A stretch of 64,000 bases of DNA from Octopus vulgaris (lineage: Eukaryota), in the NCBI GenBank assembly GCA_951406725.2, contig OX597824.1, positions 93,124,001 through 93,188,000 of the forward strand, in the 5' to 3' direction. Of this stretch, positions 42,113-56,242 are shown one piece after another; position 1 is the stretch's first letter; each line of letters begins with the position of its first letter. Under the pieces are notes generated by a model that worked only from the letters and a program-made list of their open reading frames with translations, ran no database searches and was not told the DNA's origin. The position numbers and the translations under genes are program-made.

Positions 42113-42207
<95 letters not shown>

Positions 42208-42222
42208 CAGATATAGATATAG

Positions 42223-42323
<101 letters not shown>

Positions 42324-42324
42324 T

Positions 42325-42368
<44 letters not shown>

Positions 42369-42901
42369 TGATAGATAGATAGATAGATATAGATATAGGT
42401 ATGTGCGTGTATATATATATATATAGATATAGATATGTATATATATAGATCAATGAATGGTGGGGTTGTGTTGACCGCACGTGGAGAAATGATAAGCAAG
42501 GAAATATTGTAAAAATGCAGAATGCTAAATTGAAAGAAAATTTTAATGAAATGAGAAATTGATAAAATATATAAATATATATTAATTCAAACCGGTTTTC
42601 GTCATAATGTGACTTTCCAAGAATTGTAAGGGAAAAAAAATAAATATATTGACGCACCCACACGTTTCTATGTATTTATTTATGTTTTCATGGTTTCTGT
42701 TACATTTTATTCCTGACAAAATTGAAATGAATCTATGGAAATATGTTGAGTGTGAGGAACACGGTTCAATCTGCCGTCGGTCACATTAAAAACGAAGATT
42801 CATGTTTCCCTATATAATTTTACGTGTTTGTCCATACAAAAAGAGCAAGAGGGAGAAAGAGGTACACATTTATATACACATTTATAAACATACATACATA
42901 C

Positions 42902-42938
<37 letters not shown>

Positions 42939-43246
42939 GCTTATTTATGTAATTAGATAGAGCAGTTTCTTTTTAAACCTCACGGCATACAATTTGTATA
43001 CGGGACTGCGTGCGCATCCTTGTATATCGAAAGAGTTAACAGTTAATACAACCGATGCATTATAAGTCCCTGGTCTCTAATGTCAGATAGATAACAGTGC
43101 ACACATAGAAAAGACAGAACTAGACATGGTCCATGAAACTTTTAATTAGATAATCTATGAACCGAATCGTCAACTTCTGTGAACTCGTTGTTTATGCAAA
43201 TACATACATACATATATATATGTACATATGTATGTGTGCGTATATA

Positions 43247-43314
<68 letters not shown>

Positions 43315-43575
43315 CATATATACATGATGTATATATATATATAGCTTTATGAAAGAGGTATCTGTTGTCTGGGCTCTCACAGCCTTAACTTAATGATGCA
43401 GTGTGTTCAGCTGGAATTTGAGAGGTACATCCCTCGAATTTCTTTAGAAGCTTGCTGGTCATTCTTTTCCGTCTGCTAAGGATATCTAACCAATAGATAA
43501 AACTGTCTTCATAGTATTTATCGTTCGAGACTCCCCTTATTTCCCATTTCGTTCTTCTTTTTCTCACTCTCTCCC

Positions 43576-43688
<113 letters not shown>

Positions 43689-43804
43689 GAGAGAGTGAGA
43701 GAGAGAGAGTGAGAGAGAGAGTGAGAGAGAGAGAGAGAGAGAAAGTGAGTAAGAGATTTTGCTTATACCTTATAAATATAAATTAATGCAAAAATTTGTA
43801 ATAT

Positions 43805-43836
43805 ATTTAATGAGTACAAATGGAAACAGCTGTAAG
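43805..43836 (+). ncRNA. Decayed minimal hammerhead-like motif
   Basis: TTAATGAG...GAAACAGCTGTA with palindromic ACAGCTGT; inside a short element between (GA)n and (TA)n. Confidence 0.3.
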
Positions 43837-43957
43837 AAGAAACGATTATCAATTTATTAATATATAAATATTAATCAATAAATCCCCACTTCCTTCTCTT
43901 AATTCAATAAATATGTATAAGTATGGAAGGAAATGTTTACTATAAGTAAATAAAAAT

Positions 43958-44009
<52 letters not shown>

Positions 44010-44407
44010 CATATATAAAAATAGGTATATATATATATATATACACACATATTCGCTTATAGTGTTATGTAAGGCTATTTGTAAAAAAAAAGTGTAGCTG
44101 CAGTTGCTGCACGTTGATTAAAATTTTCATCGGGTTCGTAATGTTCTACACTCAACTGTCATGTTAAAAATGTGTTTTAAAGTGCCTTCACATCTCCAGA
44201 TAAATAAGAAGCCGGTTTTTATACCTTCCGCAATTCCATACTGATAAGTTAACCAACCGATACTCATTTGCATATTGATGTATGGAAGTGTGCATATCAT
44301 TTTTTCGTATTGTACTGTTACCGACAATGCTGCCGAACAGATCCGGTTGTATTGTATTGCGTAAGAAGGCCTTTCCACTTACGATTTCTGAAACACGTGT
44401 GTGTTAT

Positions 44408-44738
44408 TTTTTAAAAAGACTCCGCCGGTTACGAGGACGAGGGTCCCAGCTGATACGATCAACGGAACAGCCTGCTCGTGAAGTTAACGTGCAAATGGCT
44501 GAGCATTCCACAGACACGTGTACCCTTAACGTAGTTCTCGGGGATAATCAGCGTGACACAGAGAGTGACAAGGCTGACCCTTTGAAATACAAATACAACT
44601 CATTTTTGCCAGCTAAGTGGACTGGAGCAACGTGAAATAAAGTGTCTTGCTCAAGGACACAACGCGTCGCCGGGAATCGAACTCACAACCTTACGATCAT
44701 GAGCCGAATGCCCTAACCACTAAGCCACGCGCCCTCAC
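44408..44738 (-). mobile_element. SINE family D, full-length, 14-bp TSD
   Basis: TSD CACGTGTGTGTTAT at 44394-44407 and 44739-44752; tRNA-like head with GGCGCGT/ACGCGTT acceptor-like stem. Confidence 0.92.
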
Positions 44739-45626
44739 CACGTGTGTGTTATACAATGCATCAATACTGCTTACGTTTTCTTTGTTCGTTATACATAAAT
44801 AGGACACGGGCACTCACACATTTATAGGCACACGCACGCATATACCACACAAATATATGTGTCTGTGTGTGTAAGACTCTGTGTATGCTTCTCCGTGACA
44901 ATCGGAGCAAGTGTGCAAAATGTACATTTAGTTTAAATGTACAGAAAGAATAATCTTTTTAAACCTATCTTTTCTGCTATCCTACATGGGATGAGTTGAT
45001 GAAGAAAGACTTACAGGATGGCTTTAAAAGGTGTTAATTGAATGTGAGTTGTAATTTCACACTAAATGCCTTTGAAAATATGGAAGTATTTCGATGTTGA
45101 ATGAAATTTATCACGATATTTGTTGTGGTTTTCTAAATCTTCATCACACCATAAAATGTAAATAAATATTGCATCATTGATATAAAAATAATAAATGGAA
45201 TTATTTTTGTTAGTTAAGCTTTTCTTTAAAGGTACTGTTGATTGGATTCATAAAGATGCAGATTTAATCTTAGAAGTCATTTCTTTAAAAAATTTTCCAA
45301 TTCAGTTTAGATGAAATTCAGAAAAATAAGATTATGCTGGAATGAGAAAAATATTCAAATGGTTTGAACTAACCAAATACAGCTAAATGAAGATCTCTTA
45401 ACATTTCTTTCCATGGCCAAGCATGCAATTTGTTAATAAAACAACCATTTTCCCTCAAATTTCAGTCCATTCGCTGAAGAATTCAGAACATGTTTTGGAT
45501 AATGAATTTGTTTATATGTTATGTCAAATAAAACATTAAATCACTTGCTGCCGGGCAGACCTTTGTTCTTGCTGTACTGGACACTAGTTCATCCTTGTCC
45601 ACTCAGGAGCAACAAAATAATTCATG

Positions 45627-45815
45627 TTATCAGTCCGAATATGTCTGATGCACGTTCGAACTGGGAAACAAGCCACTCACTGCGTTATGTCACGGAGAAT
45701 ATATCTCACTTGTTGACACACCAATTGTTAAAGCAAGATCTATTCTCCGTGACAAAACGCAGTGAGTAGCTTATTCACGAGTTCGAACACGCACCCAGCA
45801 TATTCGCACTGATAA
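45627..45815. repeat. Palindrome of about 190 bp with 80-bp arms; MITE-like
   Basis: Left TTATCAGTCCGAATATG...ACTCACTGCGTTATGTCACGGAGAATATATCT versus right AGATCTATTCTCCGTGACAAAACGCAGTGAGT...CATATTCGCACTGATAA. Confidence 0.85.
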
Positions 45816-45974
45816 TGAGATTAAAATTTCACGTATCACTGCTTAAGCGCTCCTCCTCCGTAATTCTATTTGGGTTTTTTTTTGCCATCTCCACTCTACC
45901 AGTTATGACTCACGTTTCTCTACACCTTCCATCACTTACGCTTACACCGTTCTCCCGAGACAACCCTTTTATAG

Positions 45975-46063
45975 GCTAAATCCAGTATTTTACCAGGATC
46001 CCCACAACTGGGATTTCTTTCTCTACACAAAGCTGTTATTTGCACCAGGAGATATGCTCACAG
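45975..46063 (+). CDS. Candidate 89-nt exon
   Basis: Acceptor CCCTTTTATAG, donor CAG|GTGAGT; two open frames (LNPVFYQDPHNWDFFLYTKLLFAPGDMLT or AKSSILPGSPQLGF...). Confidence 0.3.
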
Positions 46064-46440
46064 GTGAGTTTCATGGTCTCAGAAGTTATGGGAAGACTAT
46101 GTAAAAATGTCCTTTCTTCAAATCCAGTCTAACTAAATTAAATGATATAATCAATTATTTATTACTTTTAAATTCCAGTGAAAAGCAGTGCCAATATTAC
46201 TCTCTGAGAGTCACCGAAGCTAATTAAAATCCCCTTAAGTTGTAAGCTCTATTCTCGCTTAGGTAGACTTAGAGGAAGCAGGAAAATTAGTTTTGAGTTA
46301 ATTGACTATAAACTTCTCTAAAAATATAGTGTCTTGTTAAAATGTAAAAAGATCAATATTCTTCACAGATACAAAGTTATCATTTATTTAGCGTTTAGGA
46401 AATTGATTCTAATAATTTCACTAAACTAGAAATTACAGTT

Positions 46441-46472
<32 letters not shown>

Positions 46473-46555
46473 ATAGTTTTTATCAAAAAGAGATAGTCTT
46501 CGTCTTGCTATTTGATGCTACGATGAAAAGAACATCAAGAGTCCGAAGTCTTGAA

Positions 46556-46876
46556 GTTTTATTTCTTGTTTATGCGCCCTTTTCAAGCCTAGCTTGGATC
46601 ATGGGCCCTCGTTTCCTGGTTTCTATGGCATATGTGTTTCCCCCAGATGGACAGGACGCCAGTCCATCGCAACATTACTAAAGAAACAGGAAGAAAGAGT
46701 GAGAGAAAGTTGGGGCGAAAAAGTACAACAGGGGTCGCCACCACCCCCTGCCGGAGCTTCGTGGAGCTTCAGGTGTTTTCGCCCAATAAACACACACAAT
46801 GCCCGGTGTGGGAATCGGAACCGCGATCTTCTGACCACGAATATTCTGCCCTAACTACTGGATCATTGCGCCTCCA
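46556..46876 (-). mobile_element. SINE with family-C head and alternative GCGATGGACTGGCGTCCTGTCC tail, 13-bp TSD
   Basis: TSD CCGAAGTCTTGAA at 46543-46555 and 46877-46889. Confidence 0.88.
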
Positions 46877-47259
46877 CCGAAGTCTTGAAAGTACCAAGAT
46901 TATACTGTTCCAGTGAAAAGAAACGCTCCACCAGATCCATTTCAAAGCCTTCAGTAAATGCACTTGAGGTATAACGTCAATTGTAGCCAAACAAAATCTG
47001 ACTTGAAATCTAAACCTTTTGAATTTAAATGGAAAGTCAGATTTAAAGATATTCTCCGACTGAACACTTAGCTCCATAAAATACTAATAATATGACTGTC
47101 GTCTCCAGAATGTGAAGCTTCTAATGGTGATGGTGAGTTTTGTTATACATCAAGATATATGATAAAATCATACATGAATTGGCCTGGTCGGTGCTCACAT
47201 GAAAATAGATTCTTTGTGCCGAAGGTTCCCTGCCAGTTCAAGGCATTTAAGGAACTTGC

Positions 47260-47568
47260 ACCTCGGGCAAGTGTCTTCAACTATAGCCTCGGGCCGACCA
47301 AAGCCTTGTGAGTGGATTTGGCAGACGGAAACTGAACGAGGCCCGTGGTATATATGTATACATGCGTTTGTATTTGTCCCCCCAACATCGCTTGACAACT
47401 GATGCTGGTGTGTTTACGTCCCAGTAACTTAGCGGTTCCGCAAAAAGAGACCAATGGAATAAGTACTAGGCTTACAAATAATAAGTCCTGGGGTCAATTT
47501 GGTCGACTAAAGGTGGCACTCCAGCATGGCCACAGTCACATGACCGAAACAAATAAAAGAATAAAAGA
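47260..47568 (+). mobile_element. SINE family B, 5'-truncated
   Basis: Body and tail motifs. Confidence 0.85.
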
Positions 47569-49055
47569 GTAATACAAACTTTCGCGATCTTCGCCGCATA
47601 GTTTATTCTCATCTATATGAATTTAAAGCGCTGTACGCGGCACAGTTTTGTCTATAATTTCCTTTATGGCTTTTTTTAGTTGTTGTTCTTAAGAACCTCT
47701 TATACGTGATTAGATTGAAGTGATTTTAAATTCTATATTCCAAATTTCGTCACAGAGATATTTTGGCATTCTTCTTCCTCTCACATTGGCAATATTACCA
47801 ATACAGAATATATTTTCTCTATCCAATACCGAAATTCTTCATGCTGCTTCTAGTGTTTTGCATAATCTAACTAAAATATCTTTCGTATTTCTTTTGTTTC
47901 GTTGTTCTTCCGATAGTGTTAGATATCGCGAATTAATTGTAATTCTGCCTTTGATCTCCTTCTTTAATTCCATTCCACTTCACCGTATTATATTATACGA
48001 TTCTTTTATGTTTTCCTTCGCATTCACCTACACATAAGGTTAATGTATTTAACTCCTTTTAGACTTACCCTATTTGTTTAATAATTTCCTTAAGGAATAA
48101 CTTGTGCGCCACAAACTAACATATTTAGTTGCAACCAATCTTTTACTGAATACGATAAGTGTGCACTCTGTTCTACTAAAATCAGAAAGATCAATTCCAA
48201 AACCTAATTTGGAGAACCGTGCACATGGTATACCATTCGCTCCCTTACCATTTTATTCCCATTGAAACCTATACCAACATAATTTTGTGTGTTTTACTCA
48301 TACAAAACTTCTAGGTTTGTAGAAACCACTAGATTCTTGCGACTGAAGTCTGAACATTGAATTCCATCCTCTGTGCATCGACATCAGAGAGAAAATTGAA
48401 TTCAAACTTCTAGGTCTGCTACCCGAGGTTCAATTGAAATAATAAAAAATATACTTGAAAATGGCGGATTTTCAGTACAGGCTGTATTGAGTAAATAATT
48501 TTCTTATACACCCCTTAATAATATTCTTTTCTACTCTAGGCACAAGGTCCGAAATTTTGGTGGAGGGGCCAGTCGATTAGATCGAATCAGTACGCAACTC
48601 CGAAATGATTAAAGGCAAAGATGACTTCGGCGGAATTTGAACGTTGCCCGGCGTGAAACCGTTAATGATATTAATAAGTTGCCTCAACAAAATTGATTTC
48701 GCAAGTTTATTATGCATAGCCCTTCATTGATCTGCCGAAGATATTTATATTCCAATCGGAGTAGATTTTATTAATTTTCTCATAATTACACTAAATGTTC
48801 ATTAGACATTTGATTCTCCGGTGATCAACAGTTGTAAAGATTTTCTTTGTCAGCTGACAGAATGATGAGATTTAAGCAGGATTGGAGACAAGTTGAATAA
48901 TTTTGCTTCATTTTTCACAACGTCTCCTCATTTCATGTCATTGTCACGTGGCTAGATAGGGATGTATAAAAAAGGGATATAAATGAATACCAAAAGCAAG
49001 CAAATTATAGGTACCTTATGAAATGAAAATTAACTGTGATACTACAAAAATATAT

Positions 49056-49252
49056 GATTTTGATTTTGATTTTGATTTTTCTAGTTTCAGCTGTGGCCAT
49101 GCTGGGGCACCGCCATTTGGTTTGCTACACGATTTTACCCCACGGATGCTTTTTAGCAAACGCCATCTGATGCATGAGAGAGTTCGATGCAACTGCCCTT
49201 ATCTGCACCTCCTGCCGTGAAGTTGGTTCTTCCGGGACACCTGACAATAGGC
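49056..49252 (-). mobile_element. CR1-type LINE 3' end with (AAAATC)n tail
   Basis: Translation LLSGVPEEPTSRQEVQIRAVASNSLMHQM (invertebrate CR1 C-terminal P(D/E)EP...SNSL motif), stop, short 3'UTR GGCGGTGCCCCAGCATGGCCACAGC, tandem-repeat tail. Confidence 0.75.
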
Positions 49253-49690
49253 ATTTAATTTTCGAGCGGTTAAAAATTATGAGGAACGAATACCGATTAT
49301 TCCTTCGACAACGAAGTCGATTTAATTCCCAAACGGTTTTCACAAATGATTAATAATTTCATAAGTTCTTATAAATCTTCCCTAGAGATGTCAATTAGAA
49401 TACGCTTAGTTTATTAAAACCGCTGAAGTCTAAGATATTATCTTCTACATTCAAGATAATTTGTTGGATTGTAATTTATTTGGAAAATGTAGGTGCTTTC
49501 CTTCCATTATGTTTGGTTTCGTCTCCTAACGACAATATATTTCCACAAACATTACTCAATTATGTTTTTGTAATAATTTCTGTAGTTAAGTGGTTGAAAT
49601 TAACATTTCAACTTGCGTAGATTTGCGCTTTGGTTATAGAACCACGATACCAACACAGCAATATACACGCCCACATATATGTATATATAT

Positions 49691-49736
<46 letters not shown>

Positions 49737-50154
49737 GACTACATATTTATAGAAACTCAAATATAAGTAGATATATGTACAAGTGTGACCGAGCGTGTGT
49801 GTGTGTCGTGTGTATGTATACGTGTGCGTGTTTGTATTTGTGTATATGTATGTTTGCGTATATACATAAATATATATTACCACACAAACACACACACATA
49901 TGTATATATGCATATATATATTTATATGTATATGTATATATATATGAATATGTATATATGTATATTTATATACATATATATGTATATGTATCTATATATA
50001 TATGTTTATATATGTATATGTATATATATATATTTATGTATATGTATGTATAAATGTATATGCATATCTATATTTATATCTGTTTATATATATATATATA
50101 CACGTATATGTATATGTATATGTAAATGTATATGTATATGTATACATATATATG

Positions 50155-50185
<31 letters not shown>

Positions 50186-50268
50186 GTATATATATATATG
50201 TATATATATATATGTATATATATATATATGTATATATATATGTGTGTATATATGTATATATATAAATA

Positions 50269-50307
<39 letters not shown>

Positions 50308-50409
50308 AGAATGTTAGCAGGATTAACGACATAAGCCCGGGAAGGTAATAAAATTAGCTAGAACATACACATAATTACATAAACACACACATCCACAGAT
50401 GTATGTAGT

Positions 50410-50465
<56 letters not shown>

Positions 50466-50531
50466 GCTATATATAAGTTTGTAAGGTTTTTTGTATTTTG
50501 TATCCGTGTGTACGTTTCAGTGTATGTGTAC

Positions 50532-50572
<41 letters not shown>

Positions 50573-50902
50573 CCTGCGTGTGTGAGATTAAGGCAAGTAT
50601 GTATGTTGTAGTCCTTGTTCGTTTCTGGCACATATTTAAAAGTTACATCAGTTCTTTAATTAACGCTAAGTGAAATTTTATTTAGGCATTTAAATAACGT
50701 TTGTTGAGAGATATTTAAGTGTTCTGACGTTGAGAGAAAGCGATTTCCTATACAAGTAGAAGTAAATGTATTGTGTTATGTTTGATAATTGCTAACGATT
50801 TCAGCTATTTGTAATTTACATACATTTACATAATTATATATCATATACATTTATGTATATGGAACGTATATCTTTCTATGTATACCTACCCATCTATTTA
50901 AA

Positions 50903-50955
<53 letters not shown>

Positions 50956-50985
50956 GCTAGATGAATATATATATATATATGAGTA

Positions 50986-51029
<44 letters not shown>

Positions 51030-51136
51030 TATATAAACACACATATATACATTTATATAGCTTGCGGAATATATATATATGTATATATATATGCGTGTGT
51101 GTATATACATATATATATATTTATTTATAAAGCTTG

Positions 51137-51180
<44 letters not shown>

Positions 51181-51883
51181 GTGTATATATATAAATGTAT
51201 ATAGATGTATATATGTATGTATAGATATATATGTATGTATATAGCTTGATGAATATATATATATATATATTTATATATATACATATATATGCATGTATGT
51301 ATGTATGTATGTATGTATGTATGTATGTATGTATGTATGTATGTATAGGTGTGTATGGACATACAGAGTGAGGACGGAGATGTTTTCAGAACCGATTCAG
51401 GATAGCGCAAGTACATCTACCTATTCTTTCGTTCCTGAGTTCGCCTCCTCTCGCGGTCAGCTGTTGCTCTATTTGCCCTCGAAGCGACAACATGAAAAAC
51501 AATCAATAACTCCAATTAATTAAATCAATATAAACACTTAATCAACTCTCCTACAACATTTTTCTGTTCTGCGTATATATTAGAGACATATACCAGTGAT
51601 ATCGCCTAAACTAAATTACGACACTGTGTGCCCTTCCTAGAACAATTACAGCCCACCTTACGCTAATAAGAATCAACTCTTATTCAAATTCAGAGTGGTT
51701 GAAGACTAGCATCACGCTTGAAACTCAAGAGTACCAATGAAACTGAATCAAACTGTACATGTAACTCTCATACATGTAACTCTGAATAAATCTTTTGAAT
51801 ATCCTTGTCTCGTTTGTCCACTCGTTTGTGTGTGTATATATATATATATATATATGTATATACATAGACACAATACACACACG

Positions 51884-51961
<78 letters not shown>

Positions 51962-52440
51962 CACGGCGTTTATAAAGGTTTACAGTCTCATATATTTGGT
52001 GGTCCCTTAAATAGTGATTTCGTGTTATCTTTCCCGCCGAATATCCACCAAACTTTTCAGCTCGACTAAAATGAAAGCAATCAATATGACTTTTAGTACA
52101 ACGTCACTGGAAATGATTTATTCAGTTCTGGACGAAGAAGACAATACAGCATTCTAAATATTTACCGATGACACGCACCAGTACACAAAGATATGCACAA
52201 GCACACTTACACGTGCATATGAACGAGATGCTGTGCTTCATTCGGATATTTGTAAAAGTTACGTCGAACTAATTAAACATATGTATTGATGATATATGTT
52301 AACCTATCAAGTAAATATACAAACGAGTATTTTTCCTGCTCAGTTATTTTGTCTCGTGAAATTCGAGTCAGCCTCTTAATTTTAGTTTTAATTAAAAAAA
52401 TAATCTTCTCTACAACATACACACACAGACACACATACCG

Positions 52441-52846
52441 TCAGCAGTGCCCAATCGACCTGAACATTAGTTTCAAGGTTCATCCAAGGCTGGGACCACG
52501 GGCCATACGTCCCCTACTCAATTGAGGATAACCGCATATAGGTAACCTGCAGCATAAATTCTTTTGCTCAAAAGCCCCTGCTCAGTTTAACATTGTCCCG
52601 AAATGGATCAAAGAGGAAAAGGATCCCATCACCTTGAAAAGGTGCCTGGACAGATTTCTTTAAGTAATACCGGATAAGCCACCCATACCGGGATACAACT
52701 CACTCAACACTAACTCACTACTTGAGTGGACAATAAAGAAAACTTTACTTAAACAGGATTTAGATAATCCTATCAGGTGGTGCTGTTAAGTTAGACATGC
52801 CCTAGACCAATCTTTGGTCGAGAACATCTAAGTTTATCTAAGTTTA
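52441..52846 (+). mobile_element. CR1-type LINE 3' fragment (second family)
   Basis: KAPAQFNIVPKWIKEEKDPITLKRCLDRFL*VIPDKPPIPGYNSLNTNSLLEW; ends in (ATCTAAGTTT)2. Confidence 0.8.
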
Positions 52847-53393
52847 TATATATATGTCGTAAGTGACGGATCTTTTGATGAAATTACAGCGAATGGGATG
52901 CATAATTGCGTACGGACAACTGTGTGGAAACATAGGTTGGTCATTGTTATATATATGCTGTAGAAAGCTTTTTTTTTAATATAACGTTTTGGCTGTGAAT
53001 AAACATCTCTTCTCTTGATTATATACATATATAAATAACGGGAAGGATGAAAGGAAGAAAAGAAGTAAGGAAAAGAAAGAAGGAAAGAAAGAAAGAATGA
53101 AAGATAGAAGGAAAGAAAGTAAGGAAGAAGGAAAAAGAAACAAAGGAAGAAGGAAGAAGGAAGAAAATAAAGAAAGTGTACAATAAGCTAAAGTTTTTCA
53201 GAAATGTTGATTTATCGACGAATACAACGATTGCATTAGGAGAATAGATATATGTTTTCTTGAGGTAAATTAAAACTTTATTCAATGAGACATACGTCAT
53301 TGTCAGTATACACAGGGATATGTTAATATCCACCCTTATCGTTAACTTATCTATCTATCCATCTATCTACCTATCTATCTATATATCTATATA

Positions 53394-53797
53394 TGCGCAG
53401 GAGTGGCTGTATGGTAAGTAGCTTGCTTACCAACCACACGGTTCCGGATTCAATCCCACTGCATGGCACCTTAGGCAAGTGTCTTCTACTATAGCCTCCG
53501 GCCGACCAAAGTCTTGTGAGTGAATTTGGTAGACGGAAACTGAAAGAAGCCCGTCGTATATATGTCTGTGTGTGTATATGTTTGTGTGTCTGTGTTTGTA
53601 CCCCCAACATCGCTTGACAATCGATGCTAGTGTGTTTACGTCCCCGTAACTTAGCGGTTCGGCAGAAGTGACCGATAGAATAAGTACTAGGCTTACAAAG
53701 AATAAGTCCTGTTGTCGATTTTCTCGACTAAAGGCGGTGCTCCATCATGGCCGCAGTCAAATGACTGAAACAAGTAGAAGAATAAATGAGTAAAGAG
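53394..53797 (+). mobile_element. SINE family B, full-length
   Basis: Head GCGCAGGAGTGGCTGTATGG, B box GGATTCAATCCC, tail GGCGGTGCTCCATCATGGCCGCAGTCAAATGACTGAAAC. Confidence 0.9.
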
Positions 53798-54312
53798 TAT
53801 ATATTTATATATATATATATACGCATACACACACATGTATACACGTCTGTGTATGTGTTAAACAAACATGTAAACATGTATAAGCGAGAACATGGCGGTG
53901 TACCGTTGCATGTTGTTAGTAATTTTGATTCAGTTGATATTTTTCTGTTCAGTTGCTCCAGTGATCTACTATTTATTTTGCTTGCTTCTAAATAACGTTC
54001 CAATGACTGGACGGGTGGATTTATATTACTTTAAAGTATAGTAAAGACATCAGCACTTCTCGTAAGAAAGCAAATTAATTCAACGAGACAACCGATCTTG
54101 GTGTATAATTTCGAGAGAAAATACAAGCAATAATAATAAGCACAATGTAAAAATGTAGTCCTAAAACAGAAGAACGCAAGTGATTTTATTAAAAGTTATA
54201 AACAACAGTGCTTACTCGAAGGAGCGATAACAACTTGTTACAACTTCCGTTTTGAGAAATATGATAATAGAATAGTTGTCGTTTACGTTTGTGTATGTAA
54301 CTAGCTGCCTGT

Positions 54313-54625
<313 letters not shown>

Positions 54626-54854
54626 GATCTGATATAAGCGATTGGATTGTGGGAAGTCATAATCGGTACGTATATATATATCTATGTGTGCTAACTTGTG
54701 TGTACACGCCTGAGCACGCATGGGTGAGTGTATATATGTATGTATATAGGTATATATGTATGTATATATGCATGTAGGTATATTTGTATGTAGGTATGTA
54801 GGTATGTATGTATATATGTATATATATATGTACGTATATATATATGTATATATG

Positions 54855-54904
<50 letters not shown>

Positions 54905-54907
54905 GTT

Positions 54908-54949
<42 letters not shown>

Positions 54950-55162
54950 GTAGATGTATGTATGTATAAATATATGTATGTATATATATATAGTATATGC
55001 ATGTATTTATATATAATATATATATAATATATAAACTATATATATATAATATATATATATATATATAAAATAAATGTATAATATATATGTATTTATAATA
55101 TAAATGTATATATAATATATATGAATACATGATATATATGTATATATATATATGTATATTTA

Positions 55163-55211
<49 letters not shown>

Positions 55212-55727
55212 GTGTGTGTATGTATGCGTGCATGTGTGTGTGTGTTCGTGCATGTTTGTTTGCCTGTTTTTACGTCATAAAGAAATAATTTAGCGTTAAA
55301 CTACGCACCACTGTGGTATAAAGTCGATCTTTTGAAAGATTTACACTGAAAATTCTGTGACTTCAATATTTTCATTTGTTTTCCTTCATTATTCATTAGC
55401 TTGTCACCTACAGAAATTCAATTCGAAATTTCAGAAGCATACAATTATTTCCATGCTTCAGTTAAGGCAGATGTTCCACAACGAAGCCTCAAAGTTTAAG
55501 CTCTTGATTATTGGGCGTGAAATGTTAGCTGTTTGAAGTCCAGTCTAAATAGTTCGTCCGCTATATTCCCTACAGCCAACTCTTGTTTCTCTAGATGCAG
55601 TCTCACTGTGTTCGACGTTAGATTTTAGTTATCTCACCCAGTGTGAGCACTTATTGGCTCCGACTATAATTGTCGTTTTATCTCTTACGCATTCCTATCC
55701 ATTATACTTTTGTGTGGCGGGGTGTAG

Positions 55728-56242
55728 ATAGATATGTTTCTTTATTAGCCACACAGGGCTGAACACAGAGGGGACGAGTTACAAAGTAGAGCTTTTGGGG
55801 GGAGAAAAAAGAAAAAGAAGAAAAAATAGAGGTAGGTTTTCGATCAAAAGGGATCGTAAAAGAACCTTCCATAGGGATCGTGTATCACAGAAATGTCATG
55901 ATATAAAGGGTAAAGGGGGAAACAGATAAGGTTTATCTGTGGAAAGAAAAACCTACGGAAAAGACCACGGTAACCTCGGTCAATAACGTCACATGTTAAC
56001 ACATTTATTTGCAAGTAAGTAACTCTGTGTTTTAAATTTTTCCGGGTTCATAGGATCATGCTCAAGGTGGCTTCGTCATTCATAAGTGCCATCCTTGCTA
56101 CATTCTCCCATCTTTTTTTGAAACATTCGCTAGACAAAACTTGCCTCTCAGCTCTTACTTTCCTTTTCAAGTGATACTTGAAGAAGTTGATGAGAGATTG
56201 ACCAGAGAGGAACGTGTTTGTCTCCAATCCTTTCAGACGCGT
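55728..56242 (-). mobile_element. 5'-truncated Tx1/L1-type LINE: ORF2 C-terminus (56048-56242) plus 3'UTR
   Basis: Open 64-aa frame TRLKGLETNTFLSGQSLINFFKYHLKRKVRAERQVLSSECFKKRWENVARMALMNDEATLSMIL*; pyrimidine-rich 3'UTR ending AATAAAGAAACATATC. Clade assigned from motif resemblance. Confidence 0.7.

Noticed and set aside
44660-44738. tRNA-like cloverleaf with an apparent CAT anticodon
   Set aside because: SINE head continuing into body and tail within a TSD; anticodon and T stems are mispaired; the loop differs in the other copy.
48386-48498. REKIEFKLLGLLPEV/SIEIIKNILENGGFSV, LINE ORF1-like
   Set aside because: Short and frameshifted; too weak to call without a profile search.
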